Assembly (NCBI GenBank): GCA_016215625.1
Contig: JACRIW010000016.1
Location: 6,025 to 70,024, forward strand
DNA: 64,000 nt
Reading direction: 5' to 3'
DNA from: Candidatus Eiseniibacteriota bacterium
Lineage (GTDB): Bacteria; Eisenbacteria; RBG-16-71-46
Below the pieces are notes generated by a model, which did not search any database, was not told the DNA's origin, and worked only from the letters and a program-made list of their open reading frames with translations. Position numbers and translations under genes: made by a program. Below, one piece after another: positions 1 through 9,600 of the stretch; the stretch's first letter is position 1; the number at the start of each line of letters is the position of its first letter.

Positions 1-755
1 CGGCGCAGCTTCACCACCTCGCGGCGCGAGGCGACCGGCGGAAACGCCTCGGGCGTGCCCGCCGCGTGCGCTTTGCAATGCGCGCGCACCGGGCACTCGG
101 GGCAGCGCGGCGCGCGCGGCGTGCACACGGTCGCACCGAGTTCCATGAGCGCCTGGTTCCAGTCGCCGCTCGCGGCCGCGCCCCCGGCGGGCGGAAGCAG
201 CGCCTCGGCCATGCTCCACAATCGCTTCGCGTCCGCGGGACGCTTCGCCTGCAGCGGGCTCGCGGTCCAGCGCGCGAAGACGCGGCAGACGTTGCCATCA
301 AGAACGGGCAGACGCGCCCCGACACTGATGGAGAGCACGGCTCCCACCGTGTACCGCCCCACGCCCGGCAGCGATGCGAACGCCGCGGCGGTGGTCGGCA
401 CGCGGCCGCCGTGCTCGCGCGCGACGACGCGCGCGGCTTCGTGCAGGAACCGCGCGCGGCGGTAGTAGCCGAGCCCCGCCCACGCGGCGAGCACGTCGTC
501 GAGCGGCGCGTCGGCGAGCGTGACGACGTCGGGGAATCGCTTCACGAAGCGTTCGTAGTACGGTGTCGCGGTCGCGACCTGCGTCTGCTGCAGCATCACC
601 TCCGAGACCCAGATGCGGTACGGGTCACGGGTGCGGCGCCAGGGCATGTCGCGGCGGAACCGGTGGTACCAGTCGAGCAGCTTGCGGCGCAGTTGCGCCA
701 CCGAGCCCGCCGGAGTCGGCGGCGCCGGAACTTTCACGGAGCGCTTAGCCACCAT
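1..755 (-). CDS. mutY: A/G-specific adenine DNA glycosylase MutY, 3'-truncated at window edge (N-terminal catalytic domain and Fe-S cluster loop present, C-terminal NUDIX-like domain off-window)
   Basis: Reverse-strand translation reads MVAKRSVKVP...LRRKLLDWYHRFRRDMPWRRTRDPYRIWVSEVMLQQTQVATATPYYERFVKRFPDVVTLADAPLDDVL...LPGVGRYTVGAVLSI...LPVLDGNVCRV...DWNQALMELGATVCTPRAPRCPECPVRAHC, which are classic HhH-GPD and 4Cys Fe-S MutY motifs. The frame is continuous to position 1. It is not in the ORF track because it has no stop within the window. Confidence 0.8.
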   Translation of the reverse strand, partial: MVAKRSVKVPAPPTPAGSVAQLRRKLLDWYHRFRRDMPWRRTRDPYRIWVSEVMLQQTQVATATPYYERFVKRFPDVVTLADAPLDDVLAAWAGLGYYRRARFLHEAARVVAREHGGRVPTTAAAFASLPGVGRYTVGAVLSISVGARLPVLDGNVCRVFARWTASPLQAKRPADAKRLWSMAEALLPPAGGAAASGDWNQALMELGATVCTPRAPRCPECPVRAHCKAHAAGTPEAFPPVASRREVVKLR

Positions 756-1590
756 GCACGACCCCGCGGTAATCCGCGCGCAGTTCGCCGAACTTCTCGG
801 ACGCGACGACGAGCGCATCGAGCTCGCGCGCGCGGCGCTGCTCGTGGCCGCCGAGCGCGACGAGACGCTCGACGTGGACGCGGCCATGGCGACGCTCGAC
901 GCGTGGGCCGCGACGCTCGCCGAACGCGTGAGCGCGGACGCGACGAGCCTGCAGCGCCTCGCGGCGCTCCGGCAGTTCATGTTCGAGGAGCTGGGCTTCC
1001 GCGGCGACGTGCACGACTACTACTCGCCCGAAAACTCGCTGCTCCACTCGGTCATGGACCGCCGCCTCGGCATCCCGCTCACGCTCGGCATCGTGTTCAT
1101 GGAACTCGGCTGGCGCATCGGCATGCAGTTCGAGGGCGTCGGCTTTCCCGGCCACTTCCTCGTGCGGCTCGCCGGCGAGGAGTCGGACCTGCTGCTCGAT
1201 CCGTTCGATCACGGCAGCTCGGTCGCCGAGGACGATTGCCGCCGCATGATCGCGGCCTCGTCGCAGGGAGCGCTGAGCTACGAGCCCGAGATGACGCGCT
1301 CGATCGGCAAGCGCGACATGGTCGCGCGGCTGCTGCTCAACCTGAAGATCGCGCGGCTGCGCGAGAAGGACCTGCCGGGCGCGCTGCTCGCGGTGGACCA
1401 GCTGCTGCTGGTGTTCCCGGACTCGCCGCCCGAACTGCGCGACCGCGGGCTGCTGCTCTACCAGCTCGACCGCTATCGCGCCGCGCTCGCCTCGCTCGAG
1501 GACTACCTGCGCGTGCGCCCCGACGCGGCGGATCGTGCGGCGATCGAACGCCACATGCTCACGCTGCGGATGATGCTCGCCGCGCACTGA
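754..1590 (+). CDS. Transglutaminase-like/TPR protein of the SirB1/YchA (UPF0162) type
   Basis: This is the in-frame ATG (M48) of ORF 613..1590 and reads MHDPAVIRAQFAELLGRDDE...DYYSPENSLLHSVMDRRLGIPLTLGIVFMELGWRIGMQFEGVGFPGHFLVRL...LLNLKIA, the pattern typical of the SirB1 N-terminal transglutaminase-like domain followed by a TPR-like tail. It is divergent from mutY, with start codons overlapping by about 2 nt. Confidence 0.6.
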   Translation: MHDPAVIRAQFAELLGRDDERIELARAALLVAAERDETLDVDAAMATLDAWAATLAERVSADATSLQRLAALRQFMFEELGFRGDVHDYYSPENSLLHSVMDRRLGIPLTLGIVFMELGWRIGMQFEGVGFPGHFLVRLAGEESDLLLDPFDHGSSVAEDDCRRMIAASSQGALSYEPEMTRSIGKRDMVARLLLNLKIARLREKDLPGALLAVDQLLLVFPDSPPELRDRGLLLYQLDRYRAALASLEDYLRVRPDAADRAAIERHMLTLRMMLAAH

Positions 1591-1601
1591 GGAGCGACGC
1601 G

Positions 1602-1799
1602 TCAGCCGCGCTGCTTGATGAGCGCCGCGTCCTTCATGTTCGGCGTCTTGGTCTGCGAGCCCGTCCAGGCGCACGACATGACCACGCCGCAACGCGGGCA
1701 CTCGAATCGGGTCGCCGCGCCTTCTTCGGCGGTGGGCATCCAGCGGTCCAGCTTGGTCTGGCAGCCCGGCGTGTAGCAAAGGTAGACGCACAACGGCAT
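1602..1799 (-). CDS. Small zinc-ribbon protein (65 aa, two CxxC pairs)
   Basis: This is the C-terminal 65 codons of ORF 1602..2042. The sequence MPLCVYLCYTPGCQTKLDRWMPTAEEGAATRFECPRCGVVMSCAW contains CxxC...CxxC. An AGGAG motif lies 7 nt upstream of the ATG. Confidence 0.5.
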   Translation of the reverse strand: MPLCVYLCYTPGCQTKLDRWMPTAEEGAATRFECPRCGVVMSCAWTGSQTKTPNMKDAALIKQRG

Positions 1800-1825
1800 C
1801 GCGAGGACTCCTGTATGAGTACGGC

Positions 1826-2908
1826 TCAGCGCCCGCTCGAGCGGGCGTCCGTGAAGACGAACGCGTGAAACGTCACTCCGGCGGCGTCCGGTGACAGCTT
1901 CACCACCCGCTCGCCGTCGCCGCGATCGAACCAGTACAGCCGGCTTTCGCGGACCTCGATGCAGGCCGCGCCGCGTCCGTCCGTGACGACGTCGGCGTCG
2001 CGATCCTGCGCGCGCGGCCACTGGTCGTTCCGCAGGATCCACACCCGCGCGCTCGCGCCCGCGGGCGGACTCAGCACCACCCCGGCGCGGCCGGCACTAT
2101 AACGGATGCTCACGAAGTTCGCCGCCCCGGCCCGCGAGGCGACCAGCCCCTCGCGCTCGAGCCGCCAGCCCCCCACCGGGTAGGGCGTCCAGGCGACACC
2201 CTGCTCCTCGTGCCGCAGCGGCGCCACGAACACCTGCTCCACCCCGGTCGCGAGCCCGGCCAGCGGGCCCTCGGCGACGCGCCCGGCCCCGAGCGGCACG
2301 CTCCGCACCCCGGCCGGCAGCGCCGGGGCGAGCCGCGGCGGCGGCGCCTCGCCCGGGTGCGCGCGTTCGAACCACGCGGCCAGCGCCTCCTCGGCGGGCG
2401 CGAGCGTCCCGACCGTATCCACGACGATCGCGCCCTTCTCGTCCGCCACGAGCAGCCGCGCGCCCTCGGTCATGCCGCCGAGCGCCAGCGCGATCCGTCC
2501 CGCGGGATCGAGCGCGACGGGCACGGTCGGGCAGGCCGCGCGCGTGATCGCGCCGGGCACGGTGCTGTCGGCGGCGAAGGCGAACTCGGGTTCGTGCACG
2601 GCGAGCACGCGCACGCCGTGCGGCTCCCACGCGCGGCGCCAGGCCTCGAGCACGGGCAGCGCCGCGAGCGCGCGCGGATCGGTGTCGCTCCACAGCAGCA
2701 TCACGACCGGCCGGCCGGCGAGCGCGGCGTCGTCGAGCGGCGGCGAGTGCAGCCAGCCCTGCGCCTCGGCGAGGCTCGGGAGCGCGCGGGCGCCCTCGGG
2801 CGCGTCGTCGCTCAGGCCCGGCAGCAACCGTGGCGCCAGCAGCCACGTACTGAGACCGAACACGAGCACGAGCAGGACGGCGGCGAGAATCGCGCGGGGA
2901 GCGGACAT
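1826..2908 (-). CDS. Membrane-anchored thioredoxin-fold (TlpA/redoxin-like) protein lacking the CxxC active site, with a C-terminal extension
   Basis: The M21 start gives MSAPRAILAAVLLVLVFGLSTWLLAP, a signal anchor. A redoxin-like block VVMLLWSDTDPRALAALPVLEAWRRAWEPHGVRVLAVHEPEF carries SDTD where a WCxxC would be expected. Confidence 0.5.
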   Translation of the reverse strand: MSAPRAILAAVLLVLVFGLSTWLLAPRLLPGLSDDAPEGARALPSLAEAQGWLHSPPLDDAALAGRPVVMLLWSDTDPRALAALPVLEAWRRAWEPHGVRVLAVHEPEFAFAADSTVPGAITRAACPTVPVALDPAGRIALALGGMTEGARLLVADEKGAIVVDTVGTLAPAEEALAAWFERAHPGEAPPPRLAPALPAGVRSVPLGAGRVAEGPLAGLATGVEQVFVAPLRHEEQGVAWTPYPVGGWRLEREGLVASRAGAANFVSIRYSAGRAGVVLSPPAGASARVWILRNDQWPRAQDRDADVVTDGRGAACIEVRESRLYWFDRGDGERVVKLSPDAAGVTFHAFVFTDARSSGR

Positions 2909-3043
2909 GACGCGGCAGTATAGCCGCGTGCGTGGTCCGCGCGAGCAGGCCGGAGCCGAATCGAGCATTGGAGCCGGACGCGCGCGTCACTATGCTGCAC
3001 CCCTCGCGCGATCGAACGTGAACGAGCTTCGCCGGAGGAACCC

Positions 3044-3988
3044 GTGACGATTTCGTACACCGAACCGCTGCAGCATTCCTATGCGCGCATGAAGGCGGTG
3101 CTGTTCCGCTCGCCGTTCCCGATCGAGTCGTGGTTCGTGATGGGGTTCGGGGCGTGGCTCGCGGACATTCTCTCCAGCAACAACGGCTCCGCCGGCTCGC
3201 AGTGGAAGACCACGAAGGGCGAGATGGCCGATGCGGCTTCGCGGGCGGGCGACTTCCTCGCGAACCCCACGATGGTCGCTCTGGTGCTCGCGGGGCTGCT
3301 CATGATCGGCATCCTGCTGCTCGTGCTCTCGTGGGTCTCGGCCCGGTCCAAGTTCGTGTTCCTCGAGAACGTCGTGCACGGGCGCGCCGCGTTCCTCGAC
3401 CCGTGGCGCCGCAACGGCCGGCTCGGCAACTCGCTCTTCCTCTGGAACGCCATGATCAGCTTCGCGTGGCTGCTGCCGATCGGCTTCGTGCTGGTGCCGA
3501 TGCGATACGCGATCGTCTCGTACCTGAGCGGCCACGGCTGGACACACGTCCTGATCGGCCCGCTCGCGCTCGGCATCGCGCTCGCGCTGGTGTGCGGGCT
3601 GGCGATCTTCGTCGTGTGCGCGCTGACCGAGGACTTCGTCGTGCCGCTCATGTGGCGCTACGACGAGGGCGCGTGGGCCGCGTGGGCGCGCTTCCGGCCG
3701 CTGCTGTTCGCGCACTTCGGTGATTTCGTCGCCTACCTGCTCTTCTCGGTCCTGATCGCGATCCTCGCCGGGATCGGGCTGCTGCTCGCCGGCCTGCTCA
3801 CGTGCTGCGTCGGGATCGTGCTGATGGTGATCCCCTACCTCGGCACCGTGGTCACGCTGCCCGTGCACTTCGTGTTCCGCGCCTTCGGCCCGATGTTCCT
3901 GCGCCAGTACGGGCCGGAGTGGGACGTGTGGGGGCCTCGCACGGCTCAAGACACGGACAGCCGCAGCACTCCCTCGGCGATCAGCTGA
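3044..3988 (+). CDS. Polytopic integral membrane protein, function unknown
   Basis: A GTG start has GGAGG 5 nt upstream. The sequence has multiple long hydrophobic segments (LVLAGLLMIGILLLVLSWV, ISFAWLLPIGFVLVP, ALGIALALVCGLAIFVVCAL, LFSVLIAILAGIGLLLAGLLTCCVGIVLMVIPYLGTVV). It converges on drmC, with about 43 bp of 3' overlap. Confidence 0.5.
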   Translation: MTISYTEPLQHSYARMKAVLFRSPFPIESWFVMGFGAWLADILSSNNGSAGSQWKTTKGEMADAASRAGDFLANPTMVALVLAGLLMIGILLLVLSWVSARSKFVFLENVVHGRAAFLDPWRRNGRLGNSLFLWNAMISFAWLLPIGFVLVPMRYAIVSYLSGHGWTHVLIGPLALGIALALVCGLAIFVVCALTEDFVVPLMWRYDEGAWAAWARFRPLLFAHFGDFVAYLLFSVLIAILAGIGLLLAGLLTCCVGIVLMVIPYLGTVVTLPVHFVFRAFGPMFLRQYGPEWDVWGPRTAQDTDSRSTPSAIS

Positions 3989-4737
3989 TCGAGATGTGCC
4001 CTCGCGGCCACCGGCGCACGGCCGCCAGTGAGCAGCACGCCCAGCTCCATGTTCGCGTCGAGCGCCGCCTCGGTGAGGTTGGCGCTCGACACGAAGAGCA
4101 CGCTCTCGTCCGCGAGCGCGAACTTCGCGTGCAATAGGCCGCGGCGCCCGCTGGCGTCGGCTGGTCGCCTGTCACGCGGCCACTCGTAGATCTCGATGCG
4201 ATCGGCCAGTGATCGGCCCAATGCGGCCGCTGCATCGCGGGACAGCCGCCCATCGCTCTGCGACTCGGTTTCACCGAAGAAGCGAACCGTGACACCTCGC
4301 GCGAGCGCCTCCCGCAACGCGGCCGCGACCGACTCGATCCGGTAGGCCGCGAACGTGACGATCGAAAGCCGATGCCGTGCAGCGTGCACGACCTGCAGAA
4401 GCGCTTCGTCGGAGCGCCTGAGGGCCTCACCTGAGCGCGGGCCGCTCCAAACGAGGTCCACACGCTCGTGCTCGTCACGCCACCGCGACGCGGCGGCCAT
4501 CGTGCGAAGAGATTCTGCCAGCATGCTCCCCGTCTCGGGGGCTCGCTGAGACCAGGTTGCGAGCAATCGGACCACGGCGTGCCGCACGTGAGGGTCCGCG
4601 AATCGGGCGCCGATGCGTTCGGGCTGAGCCTCTTGGCCCGAGGCGTCACCGCCCAGTTCGTCTGCAAGCCTATCGAGCGTCTCGGGCGTGACCTGACGCG
4701 CAAAGTCGACCACGGCGGCGCGCAGTTCCGGCGTCAT
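3946..4737 (-). CDS. drmC: DISARM DrmC, phospholipase D-family (HKD) nuclease-like protein
   Basis: The HKD motif region is GLLHAKFALADESVLFVSSANLTEAALDANMELGVL. The ATG overlaps the drmB stop in an ATGA configuration. It is the last gene of the helicase-DUF1998-PLD triad. Confidence 0.75.
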   Translation of the reverse strand: MTPELRAAVVDFARQVTPETLDRLADELGGDASGQEAQPERIGARFADPHVRHAVVRLLATWSQRAPETGSMLAESLRTMAAASRWRDEHERVDLVWSGPRSGEALRRSDEALLQVVHAARHRLSIVTFAAYRIESVAAALREALARGVTVRFFGETESQSDGRLSRDAAAALGRSLADRIEIYEWPRDRRPADASGRRGLLHAKFALADESVLFVSSANLTEAALDANMELGVLLTGGRAPVAARAHLDQLIAEGVLRLSVS

Positions 4738-6605
4738 CCGACCAATCCGAAGAACGATCCGGTTTCACGACCGAAGATCGCCGCGAGTGCGGCCCGGTCG
4801 AGATAGCGGTTGGCGCGTTCGCAACTCGTCTCGGGAACGAACAGGCACGCGTGGCAAGCCGCGCCGTGAAGGTCGTGCCCGACCGTCGGGTCGTGCTCAG
4901 CGCAGAGGGGATCGGAAGAGCAGAGCTCTGCTTCCTTGAGCGCCGCCTCGACGAGCCTTCCGAGCTGGTCCGGTTCACCGAGGCGCACGAGTCCGCCCAG
5001 CGTGCCTTCGCTGTCCGGCGCCGCCGTGTACAGAAGCAGGCCCGCCATGGCCGGGCCGTATTGATCGGCATCACGCGAGTAGATGCGTTCGCGCACGCTG
5101 GCGAGTGCGTACCCGCACTCGATCGCCAGCTGACGCATGAGCGCGTGCGCGAGCGAGTGGATGAGCACGAACCGCATGCCCGGAAAACCCGCATCGAGCG
5201 GCGTGAGCTGGTGACGTTCTCGATTGCGACGATGCGCCACGAGGAGCGCGTTCGCGCGCTCCAGGGTCGAGGGCCGGTTCAGCCATTCCTGAACCGCCGA
5301 CTCGTCGAGCTGAAGGAACAGTCCTTCGCCTCGCACCTCGCTCGCGACGACCCACTGAGGAGGGCGGCGAGAGAGCGGCGCGAGGGCGCCTTCGCGGCCA
5401 CCTCCGGGCTCGCCGAGGTCGCCAGGAGGAGAGACGCGCGTGAAGCCAACGAGCGCGCGCACTTCCCTGAGGCGCTCAGCCAGCACGACACGCGCGATCT
5501 GGCGGCTGAACTGGACTGGTGTCTCGACTCGGCGCAGCTGGAAGTCCGCCGACAGCCTGCGCGATTTGGGATCCGAGAATGCTTCCCATTCGGGCGTCCG
5601 CAGGGACACCGGCGCAACGGTCGACGGTTCCTGCTCCATCGTCTGCCTGTGCGCTTCGATCGCGCGCCAGAGTTGGTCGTCGGAGTATCCACTGAGATCC
5701 CGCAGCAGGTTCAGCCCTCGCATGGTCGCCACGCCCTCCACGGAGCGAAGCGTGACCAGTTCCGCCCATCGCGCCGCGACACCGTCCGCGAGGGGATCAG
5801 TGTCGCCCGGAATGTCGAGGGCGGACAGGACGACCGGGAACCAGAGGTTCGAAGCCCCGAGAAGGATCGCACGCGGCGTGACGGTGCAGCGTTCATCGGA
5901 ATAGTCGCGAAGGTGCGGGCGACGCCCCGAGCAATCACCGAGCGCGTCCGCGGCGTCGTCGCCAAACGCGTCGGACATCGGGCGGCTGGCTTCACAACCA
6001 AGACACTTGAGCAAGAGCCCTGAAACGTCGCCTGAAGGATTGATGACGCGCAGTTCGTACGGCCCATGACAGGCGGAGGCACCACGATGCGCGAACGAGT
6101 TCCAGGGAAAGTCGTCCAGGTGACCGGCTTCGCACGCCACCATGAATCGCACCGGAAGCGCCTCGGCACGCGGCGTGACGTGACAGTTCTCGTGCAAGTA
6201 ACGCGTACGGTCCGGGCGGTGCTCGTCGGGCTTCAGCCGGAAGAGTCCGGAACCGATCGCTGCGAGCTTCCTGCAGCGCGTGCAGCACAGCCACCGCGGG
6301 AACGGCGCCACGGGCACACCCACACGGGCATCGCCGGCCTGGCCTTCAGCAGGATCGGGCATCGGCGGCAAGCGAAGGTCCTGAACCTGCGCGCCCAACT
6401 GCTCTCGGACTGCGGCCAGCAAGCGCGGCTCGGGCAACGACCGAGTACGCGATTCGTCCCAGTCGTCCAGTCCCATGATCATCACGGACAGGCCCGGCAG
6501 ATCGGCGATGGCGCCGACTCCGGAGGAATACAGCAGCTGGCTCGGCCGGAGTTCGCCGAGACGAGCGCGCTGCGGCGCGGGCGTGGGATTCGGAGTCGTC
6601 GTCAC
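4734..6605 (-). CDS. drmB: DISARM DrmB, DUF1998-domain protein
   Basis: The N-terminus LGELRPSQLLYSSGVGAIADLPGLSVMIMGLDDW matches the canonical DUF1998/DrmB start. Cys-rich stretches CCTRCRK...CHVTP...C and a C-terminal HGAACHACLF...CERANRYLDRA are present. The listed ORF starts at 6695, but a GTG at 6605 overlaps the drmA stop (GTGA), so that start is proposed. The true start could be either. Confidence 0.75.
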   Translation of the reverse strand: MTTTPNPTPAPQRARLGELRPSQLLYSSGVGAIADLPGLSVMIMGLDDWDESRTRSLPEPRLLAAVREQLGAQVQDLRLPPMPDPAEGQAGDARVGVPVAPFPRWLCCTRCRKLAAIGSGLFRLKPDEHRPDRTRYLHENCHVTPRAEALPVRFMVACEAGHLDDFPWNSFAHRGASACHGPYELRVINPSGDVSGLLLKCLGCEASRPMSDAFGDDAADALGDCSGRRPHLRDYSDERCTVTPRAILLGASNLWFPVVLSALDIPGDTDPLADGVAARWAELVTLRSVEGVATMRGLNLLRDLSGYSDDQLWRAIEAHRQTMEQEPSTVAPVSLRTPEWEAFSDPKSRRLSADFQLRRVETPVQFSRQIARVVLAERLREVRALVGFTRVSPPGDLGEPGGGREGALAPLSRRPPQWVVASEVRGEGLFLQLDESAVQEWLNRPSTLERANALLVAHRRNRERHQLTPLDAGFPGMRFVLIHSLAHALMRQLAIECGYALASVRERIYSRDADQYGPAMAGLLLYTAAPDSEGTLGGLVRLGEPDQLGRLVEAALKEAELCSSDPLCAEHDPTVGHDLHGAACHACLFVPETSCERANRYLDRAALAAIFGRETGSFFGLVG

Positions 6606-9600
6606 GCGCGGCCCTCCGGCGGTAGCGCATCCATCTGGTAGTCGTCGAGCAGCAGTGGCACGCCGGGTTCGACATCGCGAAGAGAGCCCAGACACGTGAA
6701 CGGATCTCGCTCACCGAGCTCGGCCTGCCTGAGCAGGCCCGTCGTCGAACCGTCACGGCGCGCGTCGTAGCCCAACTGGCTGCCGAGCGCGGCCCTCCTC
6801 ACTCGCGAGCTCCACTCGTCCAAGCGGCTATCGATCATGTCGCGCACCTGTTCGACGCGCTCTCGCTGGCCAGTCACCGCCTCCACACGTCGCAAGATCG
6901 CTTCCCGCGCGACCTGAACATGCGCGTCGTCGCGACTGAAGGCTTGCGCCTGCTCATTGGCGTTGAGCCGGGAGTCACGCAGGCGCACGAGCGAAACGAG
7001 TACGCCGGACAGTCCGCGGTCCAGCGCTCGAGGGGCAAACGGCGTGACCGAGAGGGCCTCGACATGGCGATAGAACGTGGCGTGGAACTGGCGGAACCTT
7101 TCGTAGTGCGACAGGTCGCGCGGCCGTGCCCAGTTGAGGGCGACGAGGACGAGCCCGGGGTGCCGGCGCCCCACTCGGCTCGTGGCCTGGATGTACTCAG
7201 AGGTCGTCTTCGGCTGCCCCGCCACGACCATGAGCCCGAGCCGCGGCACGTCCACGCCCACACTGACCATGCTGGTCGCGAGCAGCACGTCCACCGGTGC
7301 CGGCCCTGCGAACTCGTTTCGCTTGGCACGTTCGCGCCGCTCCTCGGCGGCGGCGGCGGAAAACTGCAGTTCGAGATCGTCCAGCACCACGGGAATCTGC
7401 GACGACGGCAGGCGCGACGTGAGTTCGCGCACGTTGGGGCGAAGCCGACGTCGGAACCCGAGGCGATCGCCCTGTTCGAGCCGCGTACGCACGTCGTCTT
7501 CGACCACGCGCCGCATGCCGCCCAGGTCGCGCAGGGTGTTGAAGTACCCGACCAGAGTCATCCACGGATCGGCGTTCTTGTCCCACTGCTCGTACTCGGT
7601 CTGTGCTGCGAGCATGGCGGCGAGATAGGCGCGGATGTAGGTATTCTTCACACGGCGGCCCGGTGCGCAGATGCCCATGTAGCGTCGGCCGGGCGTCTCG
7701 TGGACCGGACGCCTGCGCGCGAAGAAGTTGTCGGACACGTCGAGTCCGTGCGGAGGAAAGACCTCGAGCCTGCGCACGAAGAGATCGCGCATCTGCTGAT
7801 CGGCACGCCGAATCGTCGCAGTGGACGCCACGAGCTTGGGGCGCACGCGGCGGCCGTTCACAGTCCAGCTCGCAAGCTCGTCGAGCGCGGTCTCGTAGAG
7901 CCCGACGAGGCTGCCGAGCGGCCCGCTGATCAGGTGCAGCTCGTCCTGGATGACGAGATCCGGCGGGCGCAGCGGCCCATGCGCACGAGTCTGGACTGCC
8001 GAATGACCTCCCGTCGCGTTGTGCCGGCTCGCGTCCTCGAGTTCGGGCGAGCGGAACCCGTGTCGCGGGCACAACCCGTCCACACGACCGAACAGCGTCT
8101 GCGTCGCGCCCGCCCACGGCATGCGCGCGAACTTGTCCACGGTGGCGATGAGCAGTGCCGGAGGATTGCGGTAGATCTCTTCGTCCACCGAGAGCAGCGG
8201 CAGCCCCTCGCCCGGCGCCTGCGCCATGGTGAACGGGCACAGGCCCTGTGAGTCGGAGCACGCGATCACGGTACGAGCGCGGCCGCGCGCATAGGTCTCG
8301 ACGTGCACGTTGGAGCGCAACGAAAGCTTGGAGCCGCACCACGGACAGCGCGTGATCTGCAGCGCATGCACGCCGTGGAATTCACCCTGCTGCCGGCGTG
8401 CTCGCGTCACCGACTCGTCGCTCTCGCGAGTCGAGTTGGGCGTCGTGGTGCCACCGACCCAGAGCCCAATGCGGAAGGGCGTTGCGCCGAGTCGGGTGTC
8501 GCCATTGCGCTGCGCGTCGCGCCGCAACCATTCGAGCGCGCACATGAGCGCCGCCGCGCGCTGGTACTGCTGAACGGTGAGAAGACGCAGCGTGTAGCGC
8601 ATGAGCACGGCCACGCCGTGTTCACCCGAATGGCCTTCGATCGGGCCCTGAAGGCGGCGCAGCACCATGGCGTACGCCGCGAGGCCGAGATACGCCTCAG
8701 TCTTGCCGCCGCCCGTGGGGAACCAGAGCAGATCGCCCGCCGCGCGTTCGGGATCGCTGCGATCCGGATGATGCAGGTCAGTGAGCGAAGGAAGATTCAG
8801 CAGGATGAACGCGAGCTGGAATGGGTACCAGCGGCCGCGCTCGGTTGCGGGGATATTCGATTCATCCACCGCGACGCCTTTGCGGCGCTCGCGGATCAAC
8901 CAGCCACGCTCACGCTGCAGCGCCATCGCGCGGTTGGCATACCGGAACGCCTCGGCCGCGAGCGCGTCGCCCCCCAGCAACTGGATGCCCGCGCGCATGC
9001 GCTCCAGCGCCGCGTCGGCCTTGGCCATGGCTGCTCGCGCCACGTCGGCGTGCGGCTCCAGCTGATCCTCGCCTCCCTCAATGCGCTTGCGCTGCCGCTT
9101 GATCCAATCGGCGTAGGCCGCAATCAGCGGTTCCAGACGAGCCGCGAACTCTTCGTCGCGGCTCTCGCCCAGTACGCGCATGTCGAGTTCGAGCGTCGCG
9201 AGCCTCTCTTCGTCCTTTGCCGTGACGGGATCCATGCGAGCCACGTCGTATGAGGGGAGCGACTCCGTCCGAACGCTCGTCGCTCTCGACGGATCACTTT
9301 CCGCTAGCGTCCACTCGACGCTGACGCCGTGACCCACCGCGAACTCGAGGTCGTGGCGATGCAGCATGGCCAGCTCGCGTTCCTCGGCGGCGGCCGCCGG
9401 ATCGCCAGCACTGCCGACTCGCTCAATCGGCCGCCGAATGAACGCTGCCGAGCCGTCGGCCGAATGAACTTCGAGTTCGCACTGGAACAGCCAAGCCTCG
9501 TCCCGATTCACCTCAGGTGCTTCCTGCTCATTGACCAGGAACACCGTCACGATCCACTGGCTTTCGCGCGCGCGTACTCGACCGGTGACGCGAACCCCGG

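Noticed and set aside
66-1868. 600-aa + strand ORF spanning mutY/SirB1 region
   Set aside because: It is an Arg/Ala/Gly-rich translation typical of an out-of-frame shadow in 70% GC DNA. It overlaps two genes with clear homology-type motifs on other frames.
6920-8342. ORFs 6920..8251 (+) and 7197..8342 (-), >380 aa each
   Set aside because: Both lie within drmA on alternative frames or the antisense strand. The helicase motifs sit in the 6602..10102 frame.
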